Shown: positions 27,305-40,871, counted from the first letter of the stretch. The stretch is 64,000 bases of DNA from Eledone cirrhosa (GCA_964016885.1 OZ024746.1:80848001-80912000); one strand, 5' to 3'. The notes: generated by a model from the letters alone, not told the origin. A program made the numbers and translations.

Positions 27305-27457
27305 GGGTAACCACAGTAAGTAAGGTACTCAATACATAGTAGAGTATAAATATTTAATATAGAAATGGCTTCTACAGGACTAGAACAGTTTCATTTGAAG
27401 GAAATCACCAGGAAAACCCTGATGATTTCCTTCGAATGAAACAGTTCTAGTCCTGTA
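27305..27457. mobile_element. Short element with 40-bp inverted arms carrying hammerhead-like cores
   Basis: Arms 27373-27412 and 27418-27457. The + strand reads CTGATGA-tttc-cttc-gaat-GAAAC-agttcta-GTC. Same family as 5850-6024. Confidence 0.7.
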
Positions 27458-27524
27458 TATATGCATATAAAGAATTGAAATATTTTAAATTCATTATATG
27501 TATTGTTTTCTCTCAGCCGTCAAC

Positions 27525-27571
<47 letters not shown>

Positions 27572-27914
27572 GAGTAAAACACAGTCACCTGACCCAACTT
27601 ACCTCAAATGGAACAACCCCTCTAACCCATGCTACATGAGTAAAACAGTCACCTGACCCAACTTACCTCAAATGGAACAACCCCTCTAACCCATGCTAGC
27701 GTGGTAAATGGACGTTAAATGATGATGATGATATCATCATCATCACTATTTAACGTCCATGCTTGCATAGGTCAGACAGGTCATCTATATTGAGAGACAA
27801 GTCTGGCTAGGATTGGCCACACAGTACCTTGCTCTAATGGGACTGTAAATTTGGCTGAGGTTTTTACAGCTGGATGCCCTTCTTAACACCAACTACATTT
27901 ACAATGTATATATT

Positions 27915-28356
<442 letters not shown>

Positions 28357-29066
28357 ATGGGGTTAATACACAGTTTCTATCTGCCAATCTCACTCACAAA
28401 GTCTTTGACAGCTCAAAGCAATAAAAGAAGACACTTACCCAACTTGCTTTTTTTGCAGTTAAGATCAAACCATAAACTCAGTGATTGTGAAGCAAATATT
28501 TTAACCACACAACAATGCATGTATCATTCGAATAAATATAAAATATTCAATATTGTTGAATATATGGGTTGATATTTAACTGACTAGAGGAAACAGAGAA
28601 TATTAATATTCACATAAACGGTTGAGCTGGTGGAAGTGGGATGGGGGTCATTGAGTTTATGAACATTTACTGAACATCATACATTTCGTGTCTAAATCAT
28701 AACCATCATTATTGTTACAGTTCCTCATGATTATTTTGGTGGAATATTCTTCACACGGAATATATTTTGGTGCCTGATATTTATTCTATTGGTTTTACAG
28801 TTATTTTCTGTAGACTCAATTTCTATTTACATAATTGTTCCAATTTTGGTGACAAAGTTATGTATCTACTTCCTTGCTTATACATATGTAATGTGTGTAT
28901 GTGTGTATGTATGTATGTGTGTGTGTGTGTGTGTATGTATATGTATGTATGTGTGCATGTGCGTGTATGTGTGTGTATATGATTGTACATTTGTGTCTAT
29001 GTATGTAGGTATGAATGTATGTGTGTGTATATGTAAGTGTAGGCATGAATGTATGTGTGTTGGTTG

Positions 29067-29102
<36 letters not shown>

Positions 29103-29796
29103 GAGAGAGAGAGAGACAAACTGAATTACATACACACACATATGGTTCAGTTGTGATATTTAGTACACAGTCAGGTTTGTATGACACAGTTAAAAAAACA
29201 ATTAATTAGACTCTCAACAGGATAGTAAATTGCAACAAGTTTTGCCTATTCCCCTTCCCCCACAAGATATCCCCCCCCCCTCCTTTACCCCCTCCCCACC
29301 ACCTCCAAAAATATTGTTAACAATTCTACACTATATTCTATTCTTCTTTTAAAGAAAGGCAATCAGCTGAACTCAAATCACTTTATTAATTGGCTGATTT
29401 CTATCATTGGCACTCATTCCTCCCTCCCTCCTCCTCCTCTATTACTCACCTCTTCCTATCTCCATCCCTCTATTTCTTGCTCCTCTAACATCCTGTCTCT
29501 CCTCCTCCTAATCACATCAGTTATAAGCTATCATCCAGTGGAACTAAAAAAAAAAAAATGCACCAATTCCCTTCAGAGTCAATTCTATAAATAACATTTT
29601 TTCATATATATATATATATATATATATATGAAAAAATGGGGAGAAGAATACTGCAGGTTGCACATGGATAACATGTAATAAAATGAGTCCCTCATCAGTG
29701 AATTGCCGACGATCATAGATATTTCATTGCATTAAAAATATATATATATACACACACACAGACACACATTGTGTGTCTGTGTGTGTATTTCTATTT

Positions 29797-29920
29797 TACG
29801 ATCTGAGTTCAAATCCCGCCGAGGTTGACTTTGCCTTTCATCCTTACGGGGTCGATAAAATAAAGTACCAGTAATGCACTGGGTATTTGCTGGCCTTGTG
29901 CCTAAAGTAGAAACAAGTAT
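29797..29920 (+). mobile_element. SINE family A, 5'-truncated
   Basis: B-box through 'agtagaaacaa' is nearly identical to 58769-58890. Confidence 0.85.
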
Positions 29921-30907
29921 TTCTTTTAGACATTTTTTTTATTCTTGTACTATTTTACAGTTATCAGTCATTGGACTCTGGTCATACTGGAGCATTGAAT
30001 TCTGTTTTTTTTCTTCTTATTTTTTTTATCATATTGACTCAAGTAATTATTTCAATCTGATACTTATTTTAATTAATACAATTTATCAAATATAGAAATT
30101 ATGCTATAAAATGGAACATAAGAAAGAGTAAGATGTGGTCCCCTAACCCATCTAAAAGGGCAATAACTCCAAATAAGAACAGACTCAGACCATGACAACT
30201 ATTCAATCAATTGTACTTCTCCCTTACAGCTTTAACTATCTAACAGTGGGAGAAATCATTGTTGCTATTGTTGTTGTTTTGTTATTTATTTCTTCAGGAT
30301 CAATAAAATTAACTAAAGGTAAAGTTAATGATATTAACTATATATACAGATACTTCAGATAAAATGGATGTGAATTCTCTCTCTTTAGATGAAATAACTG
30401 TGTACTTATGTTATAAGAAACATTGTTATCACTTTTGGCAACTAAACTTTCAGAATTGCCCGATTTTGTACAGAAGATGGTATTGATCTCTTGTGGATAT
30501 TCTGATAATCCTGCAAATCAATTTAAATCAATCATGGCTGTTACACCAGATAGATAAATTATTTCACTCTTCCATCATCAGCTAACTGCCATGCTAAAAC
30601 AGAATGGTTGCTACATCCATCCATCCATACATACATACACATGTGCACATACACATACATTCCTATATACCTACAAACACTCTCACACACACACATACAG
30701 ATACATACATACACCATGAGTTGATTATAGCAGAAAGGGAAAACTACAATAGTGGAGTGTGGTTGATATGAACTTGCACCAATATATTTGATTTTGCTGC
30801 TTTAATTGAATGCCAACAATGGCATGCCTATTCATTGACTACGTAATATACTGATTCTTAAACTTTGTACACTATATAGTTTGTTCATTCCTGTTGTTTG
30901 AGTTTAA

Positions 30908-31153
30908 CCCTTTAGTATTTAAACCAGCCATATCCGGCCAGAATTCTTTCACATCTTTCTCTTCAAACCGGCCATATCCAGCCAGAATTCTTTCACCTAT
31001 TTCTCTTCAAACCAGCCATAACTGGCTGCTCATACTTATGTTAAGATAGTATTCTAAAGAAATAATAATAAAATCTCATAGATTTGATGTTATGTGAGAT
31101 ATATTACTGCAAAAATACAATAGTATATATAGAGTAATATAAATGCTAAAAGG
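30908..31153. mobile_element. MITE family M2 copy with internal ~47-bp duplication
   Basis: TTAA|ccctttagtattta ... taaatgctaaaagg|TTAT. 'aaaccagccatatccggccagaattctttcac...ttc' occurs twice. Confidence 0.8.
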
Positions 31154-32334
31154 TTATAAGAAACACTCTTTTCAACATAAGATAATGTAATTATAATGAA
31201 AAGTTGATGTCAGTGGGACCTTCACCAATTTAAACTTAGATTCACAAGTTATATATTTAACCAACAGCCAGGTTTAGTTCTAACATTCAAGTACTTTCAC
31301 CTCCAAACGTTTATGCACTTAATACCTAAACTTTTAAGCCAGATAAGGTATTGCATATATATACACTGCAGAGAGGGTCTCTATATATATCCCTATTTTA
31401 ACTATACTATATGTGTATATCCTTAACCAATGTGAAAATTAATAACTAATTGGAAAGGATAAAAGCTAAAGTTAACTTCAGTGGGGTTTAAATTTAGAGT
31501 GCTGACAGCTGGAACAAATACTGCTAAGCATTTCGCTCTACACTCTAACAATTTTCTTATAATATTTCTAATGCCTATGATTTTCAAATTATTTTGAAAA
31601 TAATCAAAAATTTTGAAAGATTTAGAAATATAACTTTCTTATTATCAAGCTGGTGTTTGGAAGAAAATTTAACAAAGGTTCTTTGATAAAATTATGAAGG
31701 AATTTAAAAATAAATAAATATAAACACTTCAAAATAATAAAAAAATTAGGATTGTAGAACCAGGGACAGTTTCAGTGGTTCTGTAAGAAAAGGGTTAAGC
31801 AGCCAAATTTATTTCAATAAATTTATCTTTGATATTTGAGGTATATGTACTTATGTTTATACCATAAGTATCCAAAGCTGATACAGTGAGGAAATCTGAT
31901 ATTTAACTCCTAATCTGGGAAATCTATATTTGAAACCACAGATTTTATTGGCTCTATAATACTTTATCATTGGCTCTATAACACTTTATCATTTATATAT
32001 CTTCCAGTTGTCTTATCTTTTTACTAATTTTTATACATACTATCTAATATATATAGGCAGTGAATTGGTAGATTTATTAGAATGTTGGATTTTATGCTTC
32101 ATGGTATTTGTTTCAGCTTTCTGATGGCCATTAATATATATTCCTATTTTAACTATAATATATGTATATATCCTTAACCAATGGGAAAATTAATAACTAA
32201 TTGGAAAGGATAAAAGCCAAAGTTAAGTGGGGTTTAAGTTTAGAGTGTTGACAGCTAGAACAAATACTGCAAAGCATTTCGCTCTACACTCTAACAATTG
32301 TATTAATTTACCTTCTGGGATGGTGGGGTAAAGT

Positions 32335-32580
32335 GGAGGCACGTGACCTAGTGGTAAGAATGTTGGACTTACGATCATAATGTTATGGGTTTGATTCCTA
32401 AACTGGGTTGCATGTTGTGTTCTTGAGCAAAACACTTCATTTCATGTTGCTCCTGTATACTCAGCTGAAGATGAGTACCAGCAATAGCTGGGGGTTTAAC
32501 TCTGCAATGGACTGGTGTCCTGTCCAGCGAGGAGTCTTGTACTCTCAGTCGCTTCATGCCTTACAAGCATTCTGGCTTAA
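32335..32580 (+). mobile_element. tRNA/CORE-type SINE (family B-related head, different body)
   Basis: 'ggaggcacgtgacctagtggtaag...ggtttgattcc...ttcttgagcaaaacacttcatttcatgttgctcc...ctcagctg'. Confidence 0.75.
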
Positions 32581-32997
32581 GACAGACTTTAGACTTTATG
32601 GGGGTCAAACACTTGGACAGGGTTTAGAAAGTAAGAATCAATAGTAGACAAACATTCTTTGAACAATATTTAAATAGACTAAGTATAGTAATGTAGTGCC
32701 TGAAGGGAGATTCAGTTACGGTAGATCACATGCTAGAAGCTATTTGTAGTGAAAAGTGTTCTTTCACATCATCATTGTCATGGACAACTTTATTTTAATA
32801 TCTATTTCTCCTTGCTGCTATGTTTTGTTAGACATTTCTGCAATACAGCATCTCTCTCTCTCTCTCTTTCTCTCTTGTCTCTGCTGAGTCATCTGTCATG
32901 TCCATTCTACTGCACAGACGTGTCTGATTTAGAACAAGACTAAACGAATTAAAAGACAACTTAGATTACTGATAAACTACTACTCTCAATAGAACAG

Positions 32998-33028
<31 letters not shown>

Positions 33029-33061
33029 CACATCCACCACCACCACCACTGTCGCCACCAG

Positions 33062-33106
<45 letters not shown>

Positions 33107-33640
33107 CACTACTACTACTACTAACACCACCACCACCATCACTGACTAATGTATTATTGATCTACCAATGCTACCAATTATCTTTGTCTCAGAATTACAT
33201 CACCAGGCAGACAAACAAACAACAAAACTATACAGAGTATCGATTCTGATCCAGTAATCGATTCTGATCCAGTAATAGCTTAACATTTGTTGTAAACACT
33301 GATGATGGTGGGACCAACTTATTCTTGAACAATCCCTCTCAGATTTCCTCTTACCATTTTACCTATTTATCTCAGATTTTAAAAAAAAAAGAAATATGAA
33401 AATTATTTCCCCGTTTCCTAATTGGACAGCACTCTATCGAAATATTTTCCAATAAGAGGTATAGGCATGGATTTGTGGTTAAGGAGTTCATTTTGCAAAT
33501 GTGTGGTTCTGGGATCAGTCCAGCTGCATGAGACTTTGGGCATTTGTCTTCTTCTATAGCCTCAGGTTTACCAATGCCCTCTGAGTGGAATTTCATAGAT
33601 GGAAACTGGAAACTGGAGAAACCTGTCACGTATATGTATG

Positions 33641-33682
<42 letters not shown>

Positions 33683-33916
33683 TTTTTTTTTTTTTTTTAG
33701 TCGATCGACTTTCGTCAAATCGGACCGAGGAAACAATGTTTCCGTCGGTCTTTCCAGTTGCTAATACTATCTATCGGTCGCAACTCCAGGTAGAAGGAGC
33801 AACGTGAAATAAAGTGTCTTGCTCAAGGACATAACGCATCGCCCGGTCCAGGAATCGAACTCACAACCTCACGATTGTGAATCCAATTCTCTAACTACTC
33901 AGCCACACACCTTCAC
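33683..33916 (-). mobile_element. tRNA/CORE-type SINE with poly(A) tail, CpG-rich (young)
   Basis: Reverse strand: 'tggctgagtagttagag...gagttcgattcc...ccttgagcaagacactttatttcacgttgctcc', then a distinct 3' body and an A-tail (T run at 33683-33698). Confidence 0.8.
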
Positions 33917-34437
33917 TAAACACACACACATATATATATAGAGAGAGAGAGAGAAGACTAGTAGGACCATATTTAGCTAAGTACTCAATACTTAGGAAAG
34001 TAGAGTGTATGAATAGTGAAAGTTAGTGCCTGACAGCTGAGCTCATGCTGTTGGATACTATCCTTTCACTATATATATATATAAATGTATGTTTAGTATA
34101 TTTGGCAATATACCGTATGTTTAATTAAAAACATTTAGAATACCATGCACTATCAGTTTTAAAGTAGTGACTATGTCACTTACTTATTTTCAGCAAAAGA
34201 AGGGAGAGAGTTTGATAGTCTGTTTCAGGCTGGTTGGCATTCATCAGAACCACACACTCCCCTGCTCCCACCGAAACTTATAGAAGCTGGATTCTTATAG
34301 AATTCCAGTAATAATCAGGAGCTGATTATATAGAGCAATTACCGGTCTAGCAAAAATTAGGAATTAGGATTGGTGCTCTGAAATAGCGATGTATACATGA
34401 ATAGTAATATTTTAACTTCTACTTTCCCTGCTAGGAT

Positions 34438-34485
<48 letters not shown>

Positions 34486-35114
34486 TCCCATGCCTGCATT
34501 TAGGTTTATGTCCCATAAAAAAAAAGTGATTGATAAAATAAGCACCAGACTTGAGAAAATAAACAATACTGGGATTGATATGATCAACTAAATTAAAGCA
34601 GTGCCCCAGCATGAACACAATCTAATGATAAACCAATAAAACAATATAATAGTAAAAGATACTCCCCAGCCTTTATCTAGTTATCTCAAATATATAGCAA
34701 CAACAACAATAACACCAACAACAACAATAATAATAATAATAATGATAATAACGATAATGATAGTAAAAGAAAAATGATATAAACTTTATTTGTCTGTTTC
34801 GTAATTGGACAACACTACATCTAAATATTCTCTAATAAGATACAGGCTGGTTAACTCTAGAAATCTGTTATTGATCATATACTTCGAATAATAACTTCAT
34901 CAATGTTTCAGAGGTCGTTATTTGATAATCAATCAAGAATGTCCTGTTACTGCTCATTCCCAAAACAGAAATAGAAATCATAAACTTTTTGAAAAATTAC
35001 CCATTGTTTCCAGAGCTAAAAGTACTTTTTTTTTTCCTTTTTCTCTTGCTTGCTGTATATTAGATTATCTTCACTAACTATTTGTATATATGTGTGCATG
35101 TCTGTTTGTCTATG

Positions 35115-35892
<778 letters not shown>

Positions 35893-36064
35893 GATATAGA
35901 TAGGTAAATATACACGGGTGTGTATGATTGTGTATAGAAGATTATATTAATAAGAGGAATTCCAACTTTGTCTGATTTACTCGTTTTATTTACAATCCTT
36001 TAAAATATATATAATGGTATTATAATGAAATAGTATGATAGAATATTAAATTCTAAGTGTTAAT

Positions 36065-36103
36065 TGAACAAGTACTTTCATGCTTTCGCAATCTTCAGGT
36101 TCA
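36065..36103 (-). ncRNA. Minimal type I hammerhead ribozyme (left arm, minus strand)
   Basis: Exact reverse complement of 36195-36233. Confidence 0.85.
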
Positions 36104-36194
36104 TGATATGTGGTGACAGTCGAGTTTGCAATTTTCAACTGTTGAAAATTTTCAACCAGTTGAAAATTGCAAACTCGACTGTCTCCACATATCA

Positions 36195-36233
36195 TGAACC
36201 TGAAGATTGCGAAAGCATGAAAGTACTTGTTCA
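36195..36233 (+). ncRNA. Minimal type I hammerhead ribozyme (right arm, plus strand)
   Basis: tgaac-CTGAAGA-t-tgc-gaaa-gca-t-GAAA-gtac-TT-gttca: 5-bp stem I, canonical core, GNRA-capped stem II, and a 1-bp stem III with palindromic GTAC loop, as in Penelope-associated minimal hammerheads. Confidence 0.85.
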
Positions 36234-36350
36234 ATTAACACTTAGAATTTAATATTCTATCATACTATTTCATTATAATACCATTATATATATTTTAAAG
36301 GATTGTAAATAAAACGAGTAAATCAGACAAAGTTGGAATTCCTCTTATTA

Positions 36351-36435
<85 letters not shown>

Positions 36436-36464
36436 TATATAAACACACACACACATATATATAT

Positions 36465-36812
36465 GGAGGCACATGGTTTAGTGGTTAGAGCATTGGCCTT
36501 GCAATCGAAAGGTTGTGAGTTCAATTCTCAGACCGGGTGATGTGTTGTTTCCTTGAGCAAGACACTTTATTTCACATTGCTCCAGTTTACTCAGCTGTAG
36601 AAATAAAATGATAGGGACTGGGATCCATATCATTCCACTGCAAAGTGGTCGTGGAGGTGCCACGGCAAAAAAAAGCGCCCAGCACTCACTGTAAATGAGG
36701 TTGGTGTTAGGAAGGGCATCCAGCTGTAGAAATCAAGCCAGAATCAGTTCCTGTTCCACCCTTGCAAGCAGGGAAAAAGTGGACGTAAAATGAAATGATG
36801 AAATGAATGAAT
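36465..36812 (+). mobile_element. SINE family B, full length
   Basis: Reverse-complement match to 7551-7895 and 42757-43102. Confidence 0.9.
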
Positions 36813-37231
36813 AAAACAATGATGATATATATGTAACACATAAAAGCAAACAACATGAGGGAATAAATCATTGGCTCTGAAGGAGAAATACTTATATACA
36901 TGTAATAACAATCATTTAAATGTCTACTTGTTTTACATGACTGTATCTGCAATGCAGCATCTATCCTTGTCTCTAAATTTCATGTCATTATGCCTGTGAG
37001 ACTTAGCAGTCTAAGGTCTAAACTTAAGCCCTTCATAATATGTTTTCCATGGTCTACCCCTAGAACAGATATTTTCCACCAACCACTAAAAACTAATTTC
37101 TTTCAGAGAGAGAGACAGAGAGATAGAGAGAGGAAGTAGGAAAGAAATTTAGAGGAAGGATTGCCCCTAGTACTGAACTAATACTTTATTAACCTTGAAA
37201 GGATGAAAGGCAAAGTTGACCTCATCATTAT

Positions 37232-37420
37232 AGGTGGTGGATTGGCAGTATCGGTAGAGTGTCGGACGCCATGCTTTCCAGCATAGAGTTACGGCCCTTG
37301 CCATTCTGAGTTCAAATCCCGCCGAGGTTGACTTTGCCTTTCATCCTTACGGGGTCGATAAAATAAAGTACCAGTAATGCACTGGGTAATTGCTGGCCTT
37401 GTGCCTAAAGTAGAAACAAT
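37232..37420 (+). mobile_element. SINE family A with 11-bp TSD, inserted into an older antisense family A copy
   Basis: TSD 'atcattatagg' at 37224-37234 and 37419-37429. The upstream 'ggatgaaaggcaaagttgacctc' is the reverse complement of the family A centre. Confidence 0.9.
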
Positions 37421-37734
37421 CATTATAGGAACTGAGAGCACAGAAAATTGGAACCACTAACACAAAACATTCTATATATGATGTTCTATGAACTCTGCTA
37501 ATTTGTCTCCCTGACTAAATGGTAAAAGAAACATCTTAGTCCTTCCATGACCTTTTAATCCATAGCTGCTCTAGTATATTTTGTGTGCCTCCATTTTTAT
37601 TCTTTGTCAGTCTATCAGAAAGTTTCTCTGCATTCTTTATACACTCATTGTTTGCACTGGCTATGCTATATCATATTCCTACTTCTTTGTCATCCTACAC
37701 ATATATACATAAAGGTTCTATGCACATTCACACT

Positions 37735-38003
37735 CATGTATATATGCACATGTGTATATATATATATATATATATGCATATTCACACACATATACATGCA
37801 CACACACATATGTATGTATATGTGTATAAATGTATATATATATATATATACATATGTATGTATATGTGGATATGTATAAATGTGTGTATATATATATGTG
37901 TATGTATATCTGTATATATATATATATATGAATATGTGTATAAATGTATATGTATATATATGTATGTATATGTGTATAAATGTATATATATATATATACA
38001 TAT
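37735..38003. repeat. Compound TA/TG low-complexity repeat
   Basis: Directly visible. Confidence 0.9.
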
Positions 38004-38919
38004 AAAGTGATAGTATTTCTGTACATATATATATATATATGTACAGAAATACTAGCACTTTGTCACAGGCTGTGATTATATATCCTTCAACATTCTCAGA
38101 GGTTTCATATTCAGTGTGTCAATATATTATCTCATAGGTTGATAAACATGATTCTTTAACTTTCTCACAGTTTTTCCCTCACCCAATGTACTACAGCCTC
38201 TTTTTTTATCACTATTTCCCTCTCAACCCTTTTGATAATAACATTCCTGAAACTGCCCTATGTTTATGATACAAAACTGTTTATCTTAAAGTGTTTTGTA
38301 TTTACCTAAAAACCTTCCATCATAATTTTATGCAATGATATTTATTTTCTGGATTTCACCTTCATAATTAGTATATTACTAAACCCTTCCAAGTTCTTCC
38401 TTATTTTCAAAATTATTTGAAAATAATTAATAGTTTCTTACATTAGAAATGTTGTAACTAAATGGTTAATCTATCTTATGTATATTGTTTCCTTGTCTCT
38501 CCTTTTCTCCTTAACAATGGAACCCATACCACCTATTCTCTCTCTACCACATTTTTTGGCTCTTCTTGCTCTGTTTCACAGAAATTCTATAGCTTCTATT
38601 CTGTCAGTTTACTTATATATTGAAATATATGATTCACTTAAAATACTTGTTCAGCTGAAAGCTTCAAACCAATATTAATAAACGGACAAACTGTTGCAGT
38701 CTCTTTGACGACAACAATTTTTTATAATCCAATGCCTAAACTAGTTACAAATTGTGGAGTGGACATTTTAAGTGTATAATAGATTGTATAAGTAATATTG
38801 TCATAAATTAATATTGAAGTTAAGGATCATATTCTGATATGCACAACTTCTATTGATGCATTCAAGCTTGCTAGTACATATAGTGAAGCATTACACACAC
38901 ATATTATATATATAATTTT

Positions 38920-39300
38920 GATGTATTTTTTATGCTTGAATGGGTTAGACAAGTCCCCTCAAGTAAAGCATCTCTCTAATTGTTTCTTTCCTTTGTCAAC
39001 TTTTTGTGAGGTCAAGTCCCCTGAGATCAACTTTCACCACCTCTGCCCATGTCTTTTTTGGTCTTCTTTTATGGTTTCGTCTCTCATCAAACTTCTGGCA
39101 CTTTCTTATCACACACTCATCATCCATATGCATTATATTTCTGTACCATTGTAATCTTCTCTCCTACATGCAACATTCGATTCCTTTCATGCTCAGTTTT
39201 ATTCTTAGCTCATTCATGCTTCATAATTCACACACATTAACATTACATTTTACATAAAATACATAATCTGTTTGTCTCTAGCCTTTGCACATCTTTCAAA
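38920..39300 (-). mobile_element. Degraded RTE LINE 3' fragment
   Basis: Similar to 27960-28229 ('caccacctctgcccatg...ggtcttc...ctggcact...tcatccatatgcatta'). Confidence 0.7.
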
Positions 39301-39309
39301 TTCATATTA

Positions 39310-39353
<44 letters not shown>

Positions 39354-39792
39354 CTGATTCATAAGACAATCTCTGAAATCTTTAGGTAAATCTAACTTTC
39401 TGTCTGATTTGAAATGAACCAAGAATTTTATCACTTTTATCAACTTTACCAATTTTTTAGAAGTATTCTTACAAATATACTTAAAATATAGTCTTGTACT
39501 TATATTAGTTTTCTTAGATCCATGAAATAAAACAGAAAAGAAAGAAAATTCATCATCTGTTCAAATATTCTTATCTACTTTTCTAAACACTTTCAAGTAT
39601 TTTTATTTGTTTGGTGTTCTGAACTACATAACATAAAAGAGACAGTGAGACTTTTGAAAAAGTTTGTTTGTGATTATAGAGAGACATTTATAAGAGTTAC
39701 ATGTATTTCATTGACCTTACCGCATTCACACAGATATGGCTTGGATTAAATTACACATACATATATAAACACATACACATGCACACCTATAT

Positions 39793-40645
39793 ATCATCAT
39801 CATCATCATCGTTTAACGTCTATCTTCCACGCTAGCATGGATTTAGACGGGAATTGTCCCACTTGAGGCAAGATTGGTCGTCTCACTCGTTTGGCAGGTT
39901 TTCTATGGCTGGATGCCCTTCCTATCACCAACCACGTTTACAGTGTGGACTGGAAAGTTTTTACCGTGTTACCTACACGGCCACATTACAGCGTGGACTG
40001 TGTGTTTTTTTTTCGTGACACCTACACGACCTCATTTATTTAGGACTGGACGTTGTGATACCAACATAACTTTACAGAGAAAGGGGTGGTGTTGATGGCG
40101 GGGAAGTTGGAGTAGGGGTAGTAGGATGGGGGTGTATTTTTGGTTAAGCGGTGCCTACTGACTGTAGGTTTTGCTTTGTACATAGGCAAGGCGGGTCTTC
40201 TGTATTACTGCGTAGCGCCAAAGATCTCGGTCCAGTGACATTGTCCTAGAGTGGTGTAAGTGTGTAAGGTTGGAATTTATCAAATCGTCCCAGGTTTTTC
40301 TGGGTCTGCCTACTCTGTAACTTCCATCAATTTTGATTGCCCTGCACTTTTTTATACAGCTGTTGTCTTTCATGCGCATCATGTGACCATACCAACATAG
40401 TCTTCTCTCGCGTAAACAGCATCTGATCCCTCTTATTCTTAATTTCTCACTTAGTTCATTTATGCTTTGCTGTTCAAGTATATTACCACTACACATCCAG
40501 CGGAGCATGCAAGCTTCGTTCCTCTCCAGTCTGCGCAGATCCTCTGCACACAATGTCCATGTCTCACTGCCATGTAACATTGCTGTTCGTATGCAGGCAT
40601 CATAGAGTCTGCCTTTCATTTTTAGAGAGAAACCTTTAGTTGCCT
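39793..40645 (-). mobile_element. RTE LINE (family 1) 3' fragment: ORF C-terminus (40155-40645) plus ~360-nt 3' UTR and (GAT)n tail
   Basis: 'KGRLYDACIRTAMLHGSETW...RNEACMLRWMC...RRLCWYGHMMRM...GRPRKTW...DRDLWR' is a typical RTE C-terminal region. Confidence 0.92.
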
Positions 40646-40823
40646 AATATACATATATACATACACATAGATATAATCATTTTTCAACTGCTTTTCAATG
40701 GTGGCATGGCTTGAACAGGATGTTTTGAAACAATGTTTTACAACTAAATTCGTTTCCTGACATCAACCCTTTTAATTGCCTCTTATGACATACAGTGATA
40801 TGGTGAATGTATTATAAAAACCA

Positions 40824-40871
<48 letters not shown>

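Larger units (their letters stand above)
35943..36355. repeat. 413-bp near-perfect palindrome without spacer
   Basis: Arms 35943-36148 and 36149-36355 are reverse complements with one substitution (tggtgac/tggagac) and a 1-nt bulge near the centre. The mirrored 62-aa ORFs in the track reflect this. Confidence 0.97.

Noticed and set aside
36046-36252. Twin 62-aa ORFs on opposite strands
   Set aside because: They are mirror images caused by the palindrome and use non-ATG starts.
36465-36545. tRNA genes at SINE heads
   Set aside because: A and B boxes are present but continue into SINE bodies in multiple copies, and no complete cloverleaf is evident.
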